Shown here piece by piece: positions 1-11,800 of a stretch of DNA of 64,000 bases. The translations under genes and the position numbers were made by a program. The stretch lies in the NCBI GenBank assembly GCA_038496445.1, contig JALMLS010000578.1:434001-498000 (forward strand), read 5' to 3'. Under the pieces are notes generated by a model. It made no database searches and was not told where the DNA came from. It saw nothing but the letters and a program-made list of their open reading frames with translations. Source of the DNA: Trichosphaerium sp. ATCC 40318 (taxonomy: Eukaryota; Protista; Tubulinea). The first letter of the stretch is position 1. The number at the start of each line of letters is the position of its first letter.

Positions 1-251
1 GTCATATTTTTTATTGCCAGCGAGGGTTTGCGCTATGGCATCAGCAAGACCGTTTATAAATCCAGATGTTAACGCCTTATTTAACAATTATGAAATGATG
101 AACTTATACTTCGTACTCTAGTGCGTATAGGATTGGTTTGCAATGATCTAACAGTAAATTTAGCATAAAATAGATCAGTTTAACCGCCAAACCTGAGATA
201 AGCTGCCCAAAGTAATGTGAGGGTACCTGGAGCTTTAGATTGAACGCTCAT
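1..251 (-). CDS. Mpv17/PMP22 family membrane protein (5' part; runs off the window)
   Basis: Splicing two GT-AG introns from the ATG at 251 gives MSVQSKAPGTLTLLWAAYLRSLQTNPIRTRALTSGFINGLADAIAQTLAGNKKYD, which fits the family N-terminal motif Y-x-x-x-L-x-x-x-P-x-x-T-(K/R)-x-x-T-S-G...D-x-x-A-Q. Confidence 0.85.
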
Positions 252-827
252 AGCGAAGAAAGTGCGGTAGAATTAAAAATACCGTTGGGAGATAAAACGA
301 AAAAAGTCATGCTGTTTATTTTGTACGCTTCCGCCTTTGTATGGGCCTTACATGCGTAGAAGAGCCAAGTTCGACTATTTGTATGCATTTCAGGAGCGTT
401 GTGAGCGAGATGCAAAAAGGCCGAAAACAGTGCGAGTTTTCTTTGTAAACACACCAAAAAATGACAACTAACGCTAAAGGAAACTCGCAATATTCGCCTT
501 TTTTGCCGCAAAGCGGAAATGTTTCAGATGCACTAAAGACGGTGCATGTAAACAGCTATTCAACTGACGTTGTTAAAGCGTCGAGTCATGACTTGACTGA
601 GTCGCTGTGAGTACATAGCATCAATATCCATTTAGTGCGTCGTAGCACTAAACTGAGCGAAAGACAGTTTAAGGTGTCACGTGTTTATGCCTAAACCAAA
701 AACCGACAATGTGGGACACCGGACGCATCAGTACAGCACAGTGCGTTCTTCTAATAACTTAATAACTAGTCAAGTAACGTCTCTCAAGCACATTTCGTCC
801 AAAGCTTTTAGATTCCCAAATAACGCA

Positions 828-2465
828 ATGTCAGCAGCATCACTATTCAAAGGTACATCTTTTAACACTCCCCGTTTTACCTATCACGTGACTCATACCC
901 GTTAGAGTTCACCGCAAAAACTTACAAGGAGCAAGGAAAAGCGTACGTTACTTTGTTTTCACTAGGGCTCTTGTGTTGAAGTGTTTTGCTAGCTTTCTTA
1001 ACGCTTATTGGGGTGAACACCAAGGCACGCAGTATAGGGGTTATAAATACATTCTTTCGCTTACAATAGTGTAGGTGAAGCCGAGAACGTATGGACCTGG
1101 GCAGCAAGTGAGTCATTTTTCTGTTCGTTTTTTTTCTGTTTTGTTTGACACGTGAAAACCAAAGAGTTCGCGGAGCTAGACTTGGACAAAGCCGAACAAG
1201 GGAGTGACTTGGTATGATTTAAAACGTTTTAAAAGGTATAGATGTCTAAGAGACTTGTAGGATGAGTTTAACGCTCATCGTTTCTTGGAGAGTCTCAAGG
1301 AGACTAAAACTGTCAAAGAAATGAGAGTTGAGTTATCTGAAGCTGATTTAGACTTTAACAAGCGAGTTGGTATGCTTTACTGAAGATTGCTCATCCTGAC
1401 TCACTAATGCACCCTTTAGCGCTTATTGAGTACTGTATTTGGCGCTTCGGCCATACTGTGAGCGACTTTGTGAAACGTCCTCAGGTGGGTTTTTGTTCGA
1501 GATTTCTCCTTTTAGTTAACCTTTTTTCCTACAGGGTGGAAACGCAGAGGGTATATATACACCTTAATGTTATTGTACTTATATTGTAAACAGAGATTAA
1601 CAGATGTACGAAGATGATGGAGGAAGTACAATCTCTTCTTGCGTCAGCTATTGAAAAACGTGACAGCGCAGCAAAGGCTGAAGGTATGAACATGACTCAC
1701 GATTCACAACAACAAAAACTAAACGCCTAAATATAGCCGAACTAAAAGCAGCTCTTGCGGAGCTCAAAGCTCAAGAGGATGCGTACCACCAAAAGACCGA
1801 AACATTAAAGGCTAAGGTAAGACTAGACGGGCACGTGTTAAATACTGAAACTGTGAACATAGAGCGAACAAGGAGGTGTTGTTTCAAGAAACAGAGCTAA
1901 AGCTGAACTCGCTCAGCACTTAGGTACGTATAAATCAAATCGTCTTCAGTTTTTAGTTTCTACTTCATCGTTATTGATTAATTTCGTATAGCTGAGGATC
2001 CTATGCCTTTGAGAAGAGCTAAAATCACTCAAGTATGACAATATTATTTGCCTCTATTTTTTTTTTTAGACTCACGTGACCAAAGGAAGCAGCGACCAAA
2101 AAAGCTGAAAAGGCAAGAAAACTTGCCGACGATGCTGTAGACGCCGCTCAGGCAAAGATGGCAGAAGCAGAGGTACAACAGAAACAAAAGAAAAATAAAA
2201 AAACAATCTTGTTTACTTAAACCGCCATTTAGGAAGCTCTTCAACGCGCCAAGCTCCAAGGTGGTGACGCTGGACAAGGAAACCTTTGGTACGCTAAAAT
2301 AAATTTGTTCTTTTGTAAAATCTTTTGTTCTCACGTGATTGGGTAGGTGGATGGAACGTGATCTTACCGAAGCCAAAAAGTACGCATCTTTTTAAAAAAC
2401 GAGTTAAGTAACATTTTTTTTTCTTCAGGTACATGCCAACCAAGAAAGGTGGTATCAGAAAGTAA
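828..2465 (+). CDS. Calcium-regulated actin-bundling protein (Dictyostelium 34-kDa ABP/abpB family), many short exons
   Basis: The spliced product contains FLNAYWGEHQGEAE, LDEFNAHRFLE, an EF-hand-like ADLDFNKRV..IEY, a coiled-coil, and the family C-terminus GDAGQGNLWWMERDLTEAKKYMPTKKGGIRK*. Confidence 0.85.
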
Positions 2466-3030
2466 TCCCTCCCTGTTGGTTCCTTCCAATAAAGCTTGTA
2501 TTCAGTTATACAAAGACTGCAATATTTTGACGACTTCATCTGAAACCGTCCCTGGTTTAGAAAATAAGTGAGCGTGGCGGAGTGCAGAGTTTAAGTCAAG
2601 TTTAATTTCAGACGGCAGTTCAAATCCATGCCAACGAATTTTTGTAAACTTTGCAACTTCACTCTACTCGCACTGGCGGGTATAGTTTCTGCGTAATTTC
2701 GCATAAACAACTCCAAGCAGTATAAAACAAGCTAAATTTACAACTCACCACGTGACGGGTGATAAAAATATCGAAATCTTGTTAAGTAATTTCTCGTATT
2801 TTGGCTATGTCCTTTTGTTCTTGTGTCTATCAGTTTCTGGTTTCAGTACATTGTCAAGGTCCGTGCTTTTTGTATTGGGTTGGAACACCGAATCTGCTTC
2901 GAGTTCAGAAGAGCTCAAAGGTATTATTATATCTCTATTGAAAAGCATCAAAGTTTCCACAAGAAAGGCATCAACGCAAGTCAATGGTGTGAGGAATATT
3001 ATTTTGTTAGAGGTCCGGCACGCCAAACAC

Positions 3031-3658
3031 ATGTCAATAAAAGAAGCTACACCGCTTCAAGAGCTACCACCAGAGACATTAACACATATATTGAGTTATT
3101 TAAACAAAATTCAACGTATTAGAGCTTCTACAGTATCTCATCTTTTCAATAACATCATCCGTTGTAATATTGGTTTCGATAACATTATTCTAAAAAAGAA
3201 ACCAGATTTCAGAAATATCTAAGGAAGTCCTCTGCTCAACAACACTAACATTGTTGTTTGGCCATTGAAACTTTCAAAAAAAAGACTTAGAATGCTTATT
3301 TGGAGTTCATACTATAGATTTTGCATACACACAGATCACAGATAATGATATACTCTTACTAACACAAGGAGGAAACCACAACATTCATAGCATTAACTTG
3401 GACTCCACATATATTACTGATATCTCATTAAAGGCACTCAAAGGTGTTCACACACTTGATGTTTCCAGGTGTTCTATTACCAATACAGGTTTAAAACATT
3501 TAGTAAACCTTGAGCATCTTAAACTTTCTTATTGTCCTGCAATTACAAGTGATTGTTTCAAACACTTGAAGTTTCTCAAATCAATATCAATCAAGGGAGA
3601 AAACACAAAGATTAGACGAGAAGATGTCGAAGCATTAGGTATTTCTTGGAACGTATAG
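3031..3658 (+). pseudogene. F-box + GVHT-type leucine-rich repeat gene, disrupted
   Basis: F-box LQELPPETLTHILSYL; in-frame TAA at 3220-3222; a frameshift at an A8 run near 3276-3283; then LRRs (GVHTIDF, GVHTLDVSRCSITNTG); no introns. Confidence 0.7.
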
Positions 3659-4830
3659 AAACGTGTAAAATGTTTGTTCTTATTGCAACATAGCATTTGT
3701 AAGCAATAAAATATATACAATTAGCCAGAAGAATACAATCAACTCCAGCAAGTGCTTTAACGCCTTCATCTGTCACAATAGTGCTTGTAAGATTTATGGT
3801 GTGAACTCCAGCAAGTGCTATTATACCTTCATCTGTCACTTTAGTGCTCATAAGACTAATGGTGTGAACTCCAGCAAGTGCTTTTACGCCTTTATCTGTC
3901 GCACATGTATTATCAAGATCAATTGTATGAACTCCAGCAAGCGCTGCAATACCCTTATCAGTTATGAAACAACAATCAGCCAGATTAATGGTATGAACTC
4001 CAGCAAGTGCTTTTATGCCTTTATCGGTCACATTAGTACTCATAAGATTAATGGTGTGAACTCCAACAAGCGCCTTAATGCCTTTGTCTTTCACATGTGT
4101 ATTACTAAGATCAATAGTATGCACTCCAGCAAGCGCTTTTATACCAATATCTGTTATGTAAGTACACTGACTCAGATTAATGGTGTGAACTCCAGCAAGC
4201 GTTGTAATACCTTTGTCTGTCACACGTGTATATGTGAGATCAACTGTATGAACCCCAGCAAGTGCCGCAATACCCTTATCTGTAATCTTTCTACAACTAG
4301 CCAGATTAATGTTATGAACTCCAGCTAGTGCTTTTATACCCTCATCTGTTACAAAAGTGTGCGCAAGACTAATTGTATGAACTCCAGCAAGAGCTGTGAT
4401 ACCGTCATCTCTAATACCCTCACAACCTCCAAGATTGATGGTATGAACTCCAGCAAGCGCTTGTATGCCTTCATCTGTCACTTGAGTCTGTATAAGACTA
4501 ATGGTATGAACTCCAACAAGCGATTTGATATCTTTATCTAGTACTCCACTGTAATCAAGATCAATAGCATGGACTCCAGCGAACAAGCTAACAAACCTTG
4601 AAGGAATAGAATGAGAAAGCTTAATTTTTGTGTTCTTCAACGAACTACTGTGTTCAAGTAACAATTTTACTCCTCTGGTATCTTGAATTGTTACTCTTGT
4701 ATATCCAACAATATCGTGAATAATAGAGGCGAAGGAATGACATGTCTGGCAAACCGCAAATCGAGCTTTTTTGTTGTAAACCGAAATATATAAACTATTA
4801 TCTCCATCGGCATGTCCAACAGACTCGTTT
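3612..4830 (-). pseudogene. F-box + ~14 LRRs (AGVHTI(N/D/S)L...TD(K/E)GI(K/A)AL), frameshifted within the F-box
   Basis: The 350-aa LRR frame extends upstream to YNKKARFAVCQTCHSFASII. The F-box start SLLDMPMEIIVYIF is in another frame (1-nt loss near 4779). Intronless. Could be a sequencing indel. Confidence 0.7.
3740..4580 (-). repeat. Coding tandem repeat, 63/66-nt units (21/22-aa LRR)
   Basis: Recurrent gaactccagcaag...atc units on the + strand. Confidence 0.9.
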
Positions 4831-5830
4831 TAGTGGTACTAGAAGGATATTTAGAGCTATGAGGTTTATATCATGATATTAGTACAAACCCTATGGGTGG
4901 TTTTTTGGTACTCCTTTTGGCATGCTTATTCCCCATGCTAGGTGTTTTGAATAGCTGTTTTTTTTCAAACCTTGTGATTATAATCCCAGGCAGTACGTGC
5001 GCCCAAGTGCCTATTAATTTACCTGTTTTTAAACAGGTGGCTTAAACTGAAAACGTGTCCCCAGTGTTGAAAACACAGGTTTCTTCTTAACATGCTTAAA
5101 ACGCATTTAAGCCTGTTCGTTTCATGTGATCATTTGACAACGATACAACTTGGATCTTGGATCTTAAACAAGAGCATCGTACAACTAGACTGTAATTTCT
5201 CTTCCAAAACGTAAACTCCACCAGCACAACGTAGTCGAAAACCATTCACACCTAGATCGTTACTTTTCTGCGTTTAAACAAAAGCAATGACGTAATAATC
5301 AATCCTGCTGGGTTTTTTTTTGAGCTGTCACAAACAATGCAGTGCATTCCTAAATCGGTATCGTATTCATTGCCTAAATAGAAATTGCCTTACATTTCAT
5401 TTGGTTGCATTCTCACAAAGAGCCGTCACAACAGATAACATTACGTAACATATTATAATTACACCGAACAATACTTGTTTTATTTAATTATTTCCTTTGT
5501 ACAAAAAGACTTATTCGGTTTCTTTTTTTTTTTTGGTTTACATTTTTTTTTGGATACTTAAAATTGTTTTTTTCTTCTTTTTTTTTTTGCGTCTTAGTAC
5601 TCACAAAAAAAACGGATAGTTCGATCCCAATCCAATTAATTAATCAATGATCACATATGAAAGAGCGTAATATAATTACGTAACACCTAATAAAAAAATA
5701 AGCAAACAAACTTCAAACCAAAAAAAATCGGAAAAAAATCAGAAATAAAAAAAAAACCAAACCATTTGGTTGTTACGTACTGCGTCTACAACAAAAATTA
5801 TAACACTAAAAAATTCAGTGTTTTATCCCT

Positions 5831-8800
5831 TTACATCTCTGCTGCATTCTCAGGTTTCATCCAGTGCATCATAGTGAGTGTGAGTTGGTTCATCTCATCA
5901 ATCTCTAATTCTTCCTTCTTTTCGTTTCTAAGGTGCCGATATATATCCTCTTCCCAATCAAGTATGAAAGAGTTTGTAGGTATAGCAGGTAGCGTAGGCA
6001 TTATAGACTCAGCTTCTTTAGGATCTCTAAGCTTTGGGTCGTTTAATGCCTCAGCATAGTAAAAACGCTTATCACGATCAACTTCTTCTTCAAACATCTT
6101 AACCTTATTTCTGAACCACATTTTTTCAGCGTAAGTTCTACCATCCATAGCCTTATCAAGTCCTACAAAAAAAAAATCGTAAGAAAACGATTTGTAACAA
6201 GAAAAAAAAAAAAAAACAAAAAAGTTTCAAAACGCACCTCTGACATCACCATGGCAAACACGTAATAAGGTATATTCATCAAATAGAGAAGTAACATAAC
6301 GGTGATCAGTCTCGTGTGGGTGGTAGTTGTATCTAAAAGAGAAAGGTTAGTAAGAAGAAAAAGAAAACAAGTCGAAACGAAGAAGAAAAGAAAAAAAAAA
6401 AAAAAAACATACCTTTGGATCAAACGCTGATAAGCATGTTCAACGTTATCCCAAGTACCAAGCTTGAAACACAAACGAAGTATACGACGTGAAAAGAAAG
6501 CAGGGTCATCAAGAACTCCAAGTTCGCCGTCAAAGCCTCGTACCATCAAGTCATACTGGTCAAGAACATGCCATAAATCATCATGAGGCTCAGCAGTTTC
6601 CATATTAAACTTCTCTGCGAGTGCCGAGTCTACAGCCATTCTGTCAACACTTAAGTCTTCTTCAAGATCCTTTCCGTGGTTTGCTGTACTAACAGGTTCC
6701 GGAAGAATTGGTACTTCTCCTTCTTCTTCATATATTCTATCAACTTCAGCTTCGATTGCTTTTCTAGCAGCCTCTTTTCCTTCGTGTGTACCGACGATAG
6801 ACTTATCTTGTTTTATAGTCAAAGGTCTCAGACTTGCCATAGACTCATCAACAAGATCTTGGTGACTCTCTAAATAAAGAGACTCTCCTCCAAACTTAAG
6901 AAACTTCTTAGCATGGGCTGTGTTGTTAGGATCTAACTCAGCCTTCTTGTCACCGTCTTCAGGTTCGAAATCTTCATCACCGTAGTAGCTATCATCGAGT
7001 TCTTCACCTTCTTGTAAGCTGCTCTCAAACTCTCCTTCGCCTTCTTCGTCCATCATATCTTGCTCATTTTCTCTCTCTTCAAAACCCAGTTCTGACTCTT
7101 CTTCATCATCTTCTTCGACTTCAACTTCTTCAATCCTAGAAGTAAGTCTTCTTCTAATATCGTTCTTTCTCTTCTTCATATAATCAAGACAATTCGCTAC
7201 ATATTCATCCATAGCTTGGGTAGGTTCAGGTTCTGTTGGAGGAAGAGTAGTCCACTGATCTTGAACATCAGTATCCGGATCAAGTAATGGTGTATCCATA
7301 ACTAGTGGGTTGATACCTTTCTCCACCCACTCAGCCAAGTCATCAGCTGGAAGTACGAGACCAAGTGGAACAGGACCGTCATCAAGTTCTTTCTGAGCAA
7401 TACCATAATCAGGATCATCTTCATCCATATACCTTTCAATACCGTCATAAGTTTCCTCATCATGAACATCATCTTCATCTTCATAAATTTCTTCATCAAG
7501 ATCTTGTTGATTAAAGATAGTATCATCTACATCTCCTATTTCTAGGACAACATCTTCATCATCAGCAAGAACAGGCTCAGGCTCATCATCATCAATAAGA
7601 TCGATTGTATCATCTTCGTCTTCATACTCTAAAGCTTCTTTTCTAGCATCTGCTTCATCTTGACGGTATTCACTTGCAAGTCTGTTGTTCGCAGGGTTTT
7701 TAAAGTCGTAGAAAGGATCTTCTACCTTTGAGAGAAATCCAATATCATAGTCACTCATCTCATCTTCAGGTTCGTCAATTTTGAATTCCTCGTCGAGTTC
7801 ACGTTGTTCGTTTTCGTCGAGTTTTAAGTCATCATATATTGTCTCAGGATCAAAGTCAAACTCAGCTACGACTTGATCGCCTTTATCTTGTTCTAGATCA
7901 TCATCTTCATCAATAGCTTCGTCCTCTGCAACAACAATACCATCTTCCTCGTCTTCGTTTTTCAGTAATTCGTTAACGCTCTTAGACCTCATAACTTCTT
8001 CTTCGATCTTATCAAGGAGTCCGTCATATTCGTCGTAATCTTCGTCTAATCCGTCGATACCACTCGTAGGAAGAGAGAGTGTACCATCATTTGAAGAAAG
8101 TAACTTGTCATCCTCGTCTTCAATTTCGACGTCATCAATATTATCAACGTCTTGGAAATTTATCTTTGGTGTAGCTTCAGGAGATTGATACTCGTCTTTC
8201 AACTCATAAATGTTCTCAGAATCGCCTTCCTTTGTATGAAATTCAATAAAAGGTGGGTCATTGACTTCACTTGGAACACCATCGATATCAGCCTCTAAAG
8301 CCTTAACAATGTCTCTTAATGCTTCAGGACTCTTAGGAGGTTCTGGAATATCAAGTCCCAAGTGATTAACTGAAGCATCAAGTTTGTCACCCATTTCTTC
8401 ATCAGGATCAAATTCTTCACCACAACCAAAGATATCGTTTTCTTCGTCATCTTCTTCATCGAAAGCCTCCTTCGCCTCAATACCGCGAACACCAAGCTCA
8501 GCATTCAATTCAATACCAGCGTCTTCAACGGCCTCAAGAGCCTGAGCAGCTTTTGCTTTCTTTATTTCCACATGCATATGAGGTATAGCGGAAATTCTAC
8601 TCTCAAGTGCAGCAACGTGATCATTAAGTTGAATAGGACGATTAGCCATTGTTTCGTTAACAAAAGCTTCGTTGCTTAGCCAGTATGAAGTAGGAAGAAT
8701 TCCTTTTTCGATCTTTTCTTCATACTCTCCGTAATCCATGTTCATTACGATCTGAGCAACAGCAGTAGAAGCTTGGATCGCATGTCGGCGTAGGTAATCT

Positions 8801-11800
8801 TCTTCACCACCATGTATCCATTGAATAGTACTATTAAGTAATTTCATTAGCACAGGCAGAGAAAGTAAACCAATAAAGAAACGAAAAAAAAAAAAAAGAC
8901 GAAAAAAACGCTTTCTTCCAAAAAATCCATCTACTCGAATAATACGCGTAAAAAATTAAAACTACGCGTAGATGAATTATTTCGCGTAGCCATCTATCAA
9001 ATCTTCGGAATTTTCTTGAACTTTTTTAAAGAAAAAAGCAAAAAAATCATTTTTGCGATGAACGTACTTTCTGTAGGCTTCTGGTAGCATTGCTTCGTCT
9101 TCAGCAGATATTCTAGACATAGCCCATTGAGTATCAGGCTGTTGTTCGTTATAACTTTCGTTCTCACGGACTGCTTCATACAGATCTCTTTCTTCTGAAC
9201 CAAGTTTACCCTTTGGCATCAAGTCGGTTATTCTATACTCTTCGCCTGTGTACTGAGGCATAGAAGCCATGAGAGGGCTGTTCTCCATACCATCGGTACC
9301 CAAGACCTCTCGGGCAGCTTTTTTCGTGTAAGGAGACAAAAAGATACCTTCACCAAGCTCTTGTTCGTTCATAGCATCTAAAGCTTCTGGTTCTTCGAAA
9401 GCAGCGTTATTACGAGCGTAAACATCAGGGTGATCCTCATAGAGTTCTGTGAGCGGTTGGTCTCCCAAGTCTATGCTTCCTTCAAAGTAATCTGGGTCAT
9501 CCTTCATATCTGTAATCATTTGATCCATTATAACATTAACTGGATCTTCATTATAGAATTGTTGTTCAGTATCAACAAAGTCTTCATTATCAGTCTCCTC
9601 AACACCCTCAAGAAGGTCCTAGAAATAAGAAAAACAACTATTAGTACTTGAAAAACGTGAAAGAAACAAAACAAACAAAAAAAACAAAAAAATTCTTCGA
9701 AACCTTTCAGAAAAAAAAAGAACGTACTGGACTCTCAAGAGTCTCTACAGACTCAATAGCTTGGGCATACTGTTCACGAGCAAACTCGTATTGCTCTAGG
9801 TTCGTCATATCCTTTTTCATCCTTTTAAAAGCGCTATCAAAATGTTTAAACATCTTATGCTGTTTTTTTCCGGCATATTTAGGATCATCTGGATGATAAT
9901 CTGGATCAAGCTCATCAGGTAAAGGAATAGGACCATTCAATCTCTGAGGATCAGGGTCTTGTTTATGATGAACAAGACGCTTATTAAGCTCTTCCATCTC
10001 CTCTTTAATCTTCATCTGGTTCTCCTTTGTAGGGTTCTCAAAACGCTTTCTTATGACTTGAATTAAGTCAAGAGTTTGGTGAATATATTTCTCATTCTCC
10101 TCAATAGATGGATCCTTAAGACGGTTAAGCTTATCAGCCTCATTCAGTCTTAACATATCCTTTTGAGGCTTCAAAGCAATCTTTCCAAAGTAGTATGTAT
10201 CATAGAGGTAGAAAGCGGCCTCACCCCATTTTCCATTATAACCAGTTAAAAAGGTTATGAAAAATGATCCGAGGGCTTCACGATCTTGGAAGATTTCGTC
10301 CTTTGGTTGACCACCACGGATCATGTACGTCCTGAAAAGCTGGAAGATTTGCTCTGCGTGAGCTTCTCTCTTTGCTAGTGATCTAAATCGAATGTATAAG
10401 CATAACTCAAACTAGACAAAACAGAAAACGAAGTTGAGGTTTTTTTCCTTTTTTCTTCAAAAAATGAAGTAAAGCGTACTTCAGCATTAACGATGTTTCA
10501 AGCGTATTAACACCATAGTACGCATCATCATTATCAAGATCACACATTTCTTTAAAGAAACGATCAGCGTATCGCTTAATATCGGAGTAAAATATAGTGA
10601 TATCCAACTCCTACAAAAACATAGTAAGCAAACTAAAAAATTCCAAGATTTTTTTGTGCGTATTAATAAGACGTACAGTATCATTACCCTCAATTGCATA
10701 AGGATCATCTTCTTCAAGAATGTCTATCTCATCTTCTTCGCAATGGAAGTTGTACTCATCAAGGGTTTCAACTACATCAATGAGATGAGCTACAAGACGA
10801 CACATTGCACCACCGCGAACAGCAGGTGGGTAAATCTAAAAAAAGAAACATCAACAAACAACGAACACCCAACAATAACAGCAAAATATCGTACGTCGTT
10901 ATCGACATAGAATTTAATAGCTTCGACATCAGGAGCGCTCTGGAATTGCTTCTAACAGAAAAAGTCAATAATCATCGAAGAGAAAAAGAGGATAAAAGAA
11001 AAAAAAAACTCAAAAAAACAAAAACCAAGATAAACTCTCTTCAGAACTCAAAATCTAATGCCTTGTGGCATCAAGTTGATATCTGGATGCCTCAAGGTTT
11101 TACATGTGCATGACGTAGTAAAATAAAAGAGTAAATTGGAGAAGAAGAAAAGGAGAAAACGAAGAAAAAAGCTTACGTGGAGCAAAGACCTGAAAAAGTC
11201 AACATCAGATAAGTGAGCCAAGTGAGAATTAAAACGTTGCTGAGAAAGCTCGTTTTTCTCTTTCTTTGCCATCTCAACATTATCTACAATCTCTTCTTGC
11301 ATTAGCCTATCATCTGCAAATGATCTTCGAGTAGAGTTATCTCCAAGATAGTGTCTCTCGCGCTCCATTGCCTCATCGAGATATTGACGTGTTTTGGCTT
11401 GTTCCTCAGGTGTATCGCCACCTGCATTAATAATTTCTATATAAATGTAAGTTAAACAGTTCGTTGCAACAAACAAGAAGAAGAACAAAAAAAAAACTCA
11501 CCTTCAAGTTTCTCTTCAGACATGAGAGATAAAGGTTTGTATCCAACTTCAATAGGATCTATTTTCTGATCTAGAGCCTTATCACGGAGCTCAGGGTCGA
11601 GGTAATTAAACCTTAGCTCTTGATCAAGTTCAGCAGTAATTCTGTCAATCTCTTCCTCTTCCTCTTTTGTAAGAGTTTCATTTTCTCCTAAAACAACACT
11701 GTCAACAACTGTAAAGGAACGGAAGAGAGAAAATCAAAAAAAAAAATAAAAAAAATGAAAATCCTCTTACCAGTTTCTGCAGCGCCAACATGTTTAGAGA

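Noticed and set aside
3801-4541. Plus-strand Cys-rich repeat ORFs (MNSSKC…)
   Set aside because: Antisense shadows of the LRR array
11048-11120. Apparent extra exon with a non-AG acceptor or GC donor in the giant gene
   Set aside because: A single canonical 225-nt intron (11176-10952) joins RSLLH|KQFQSAP in frame
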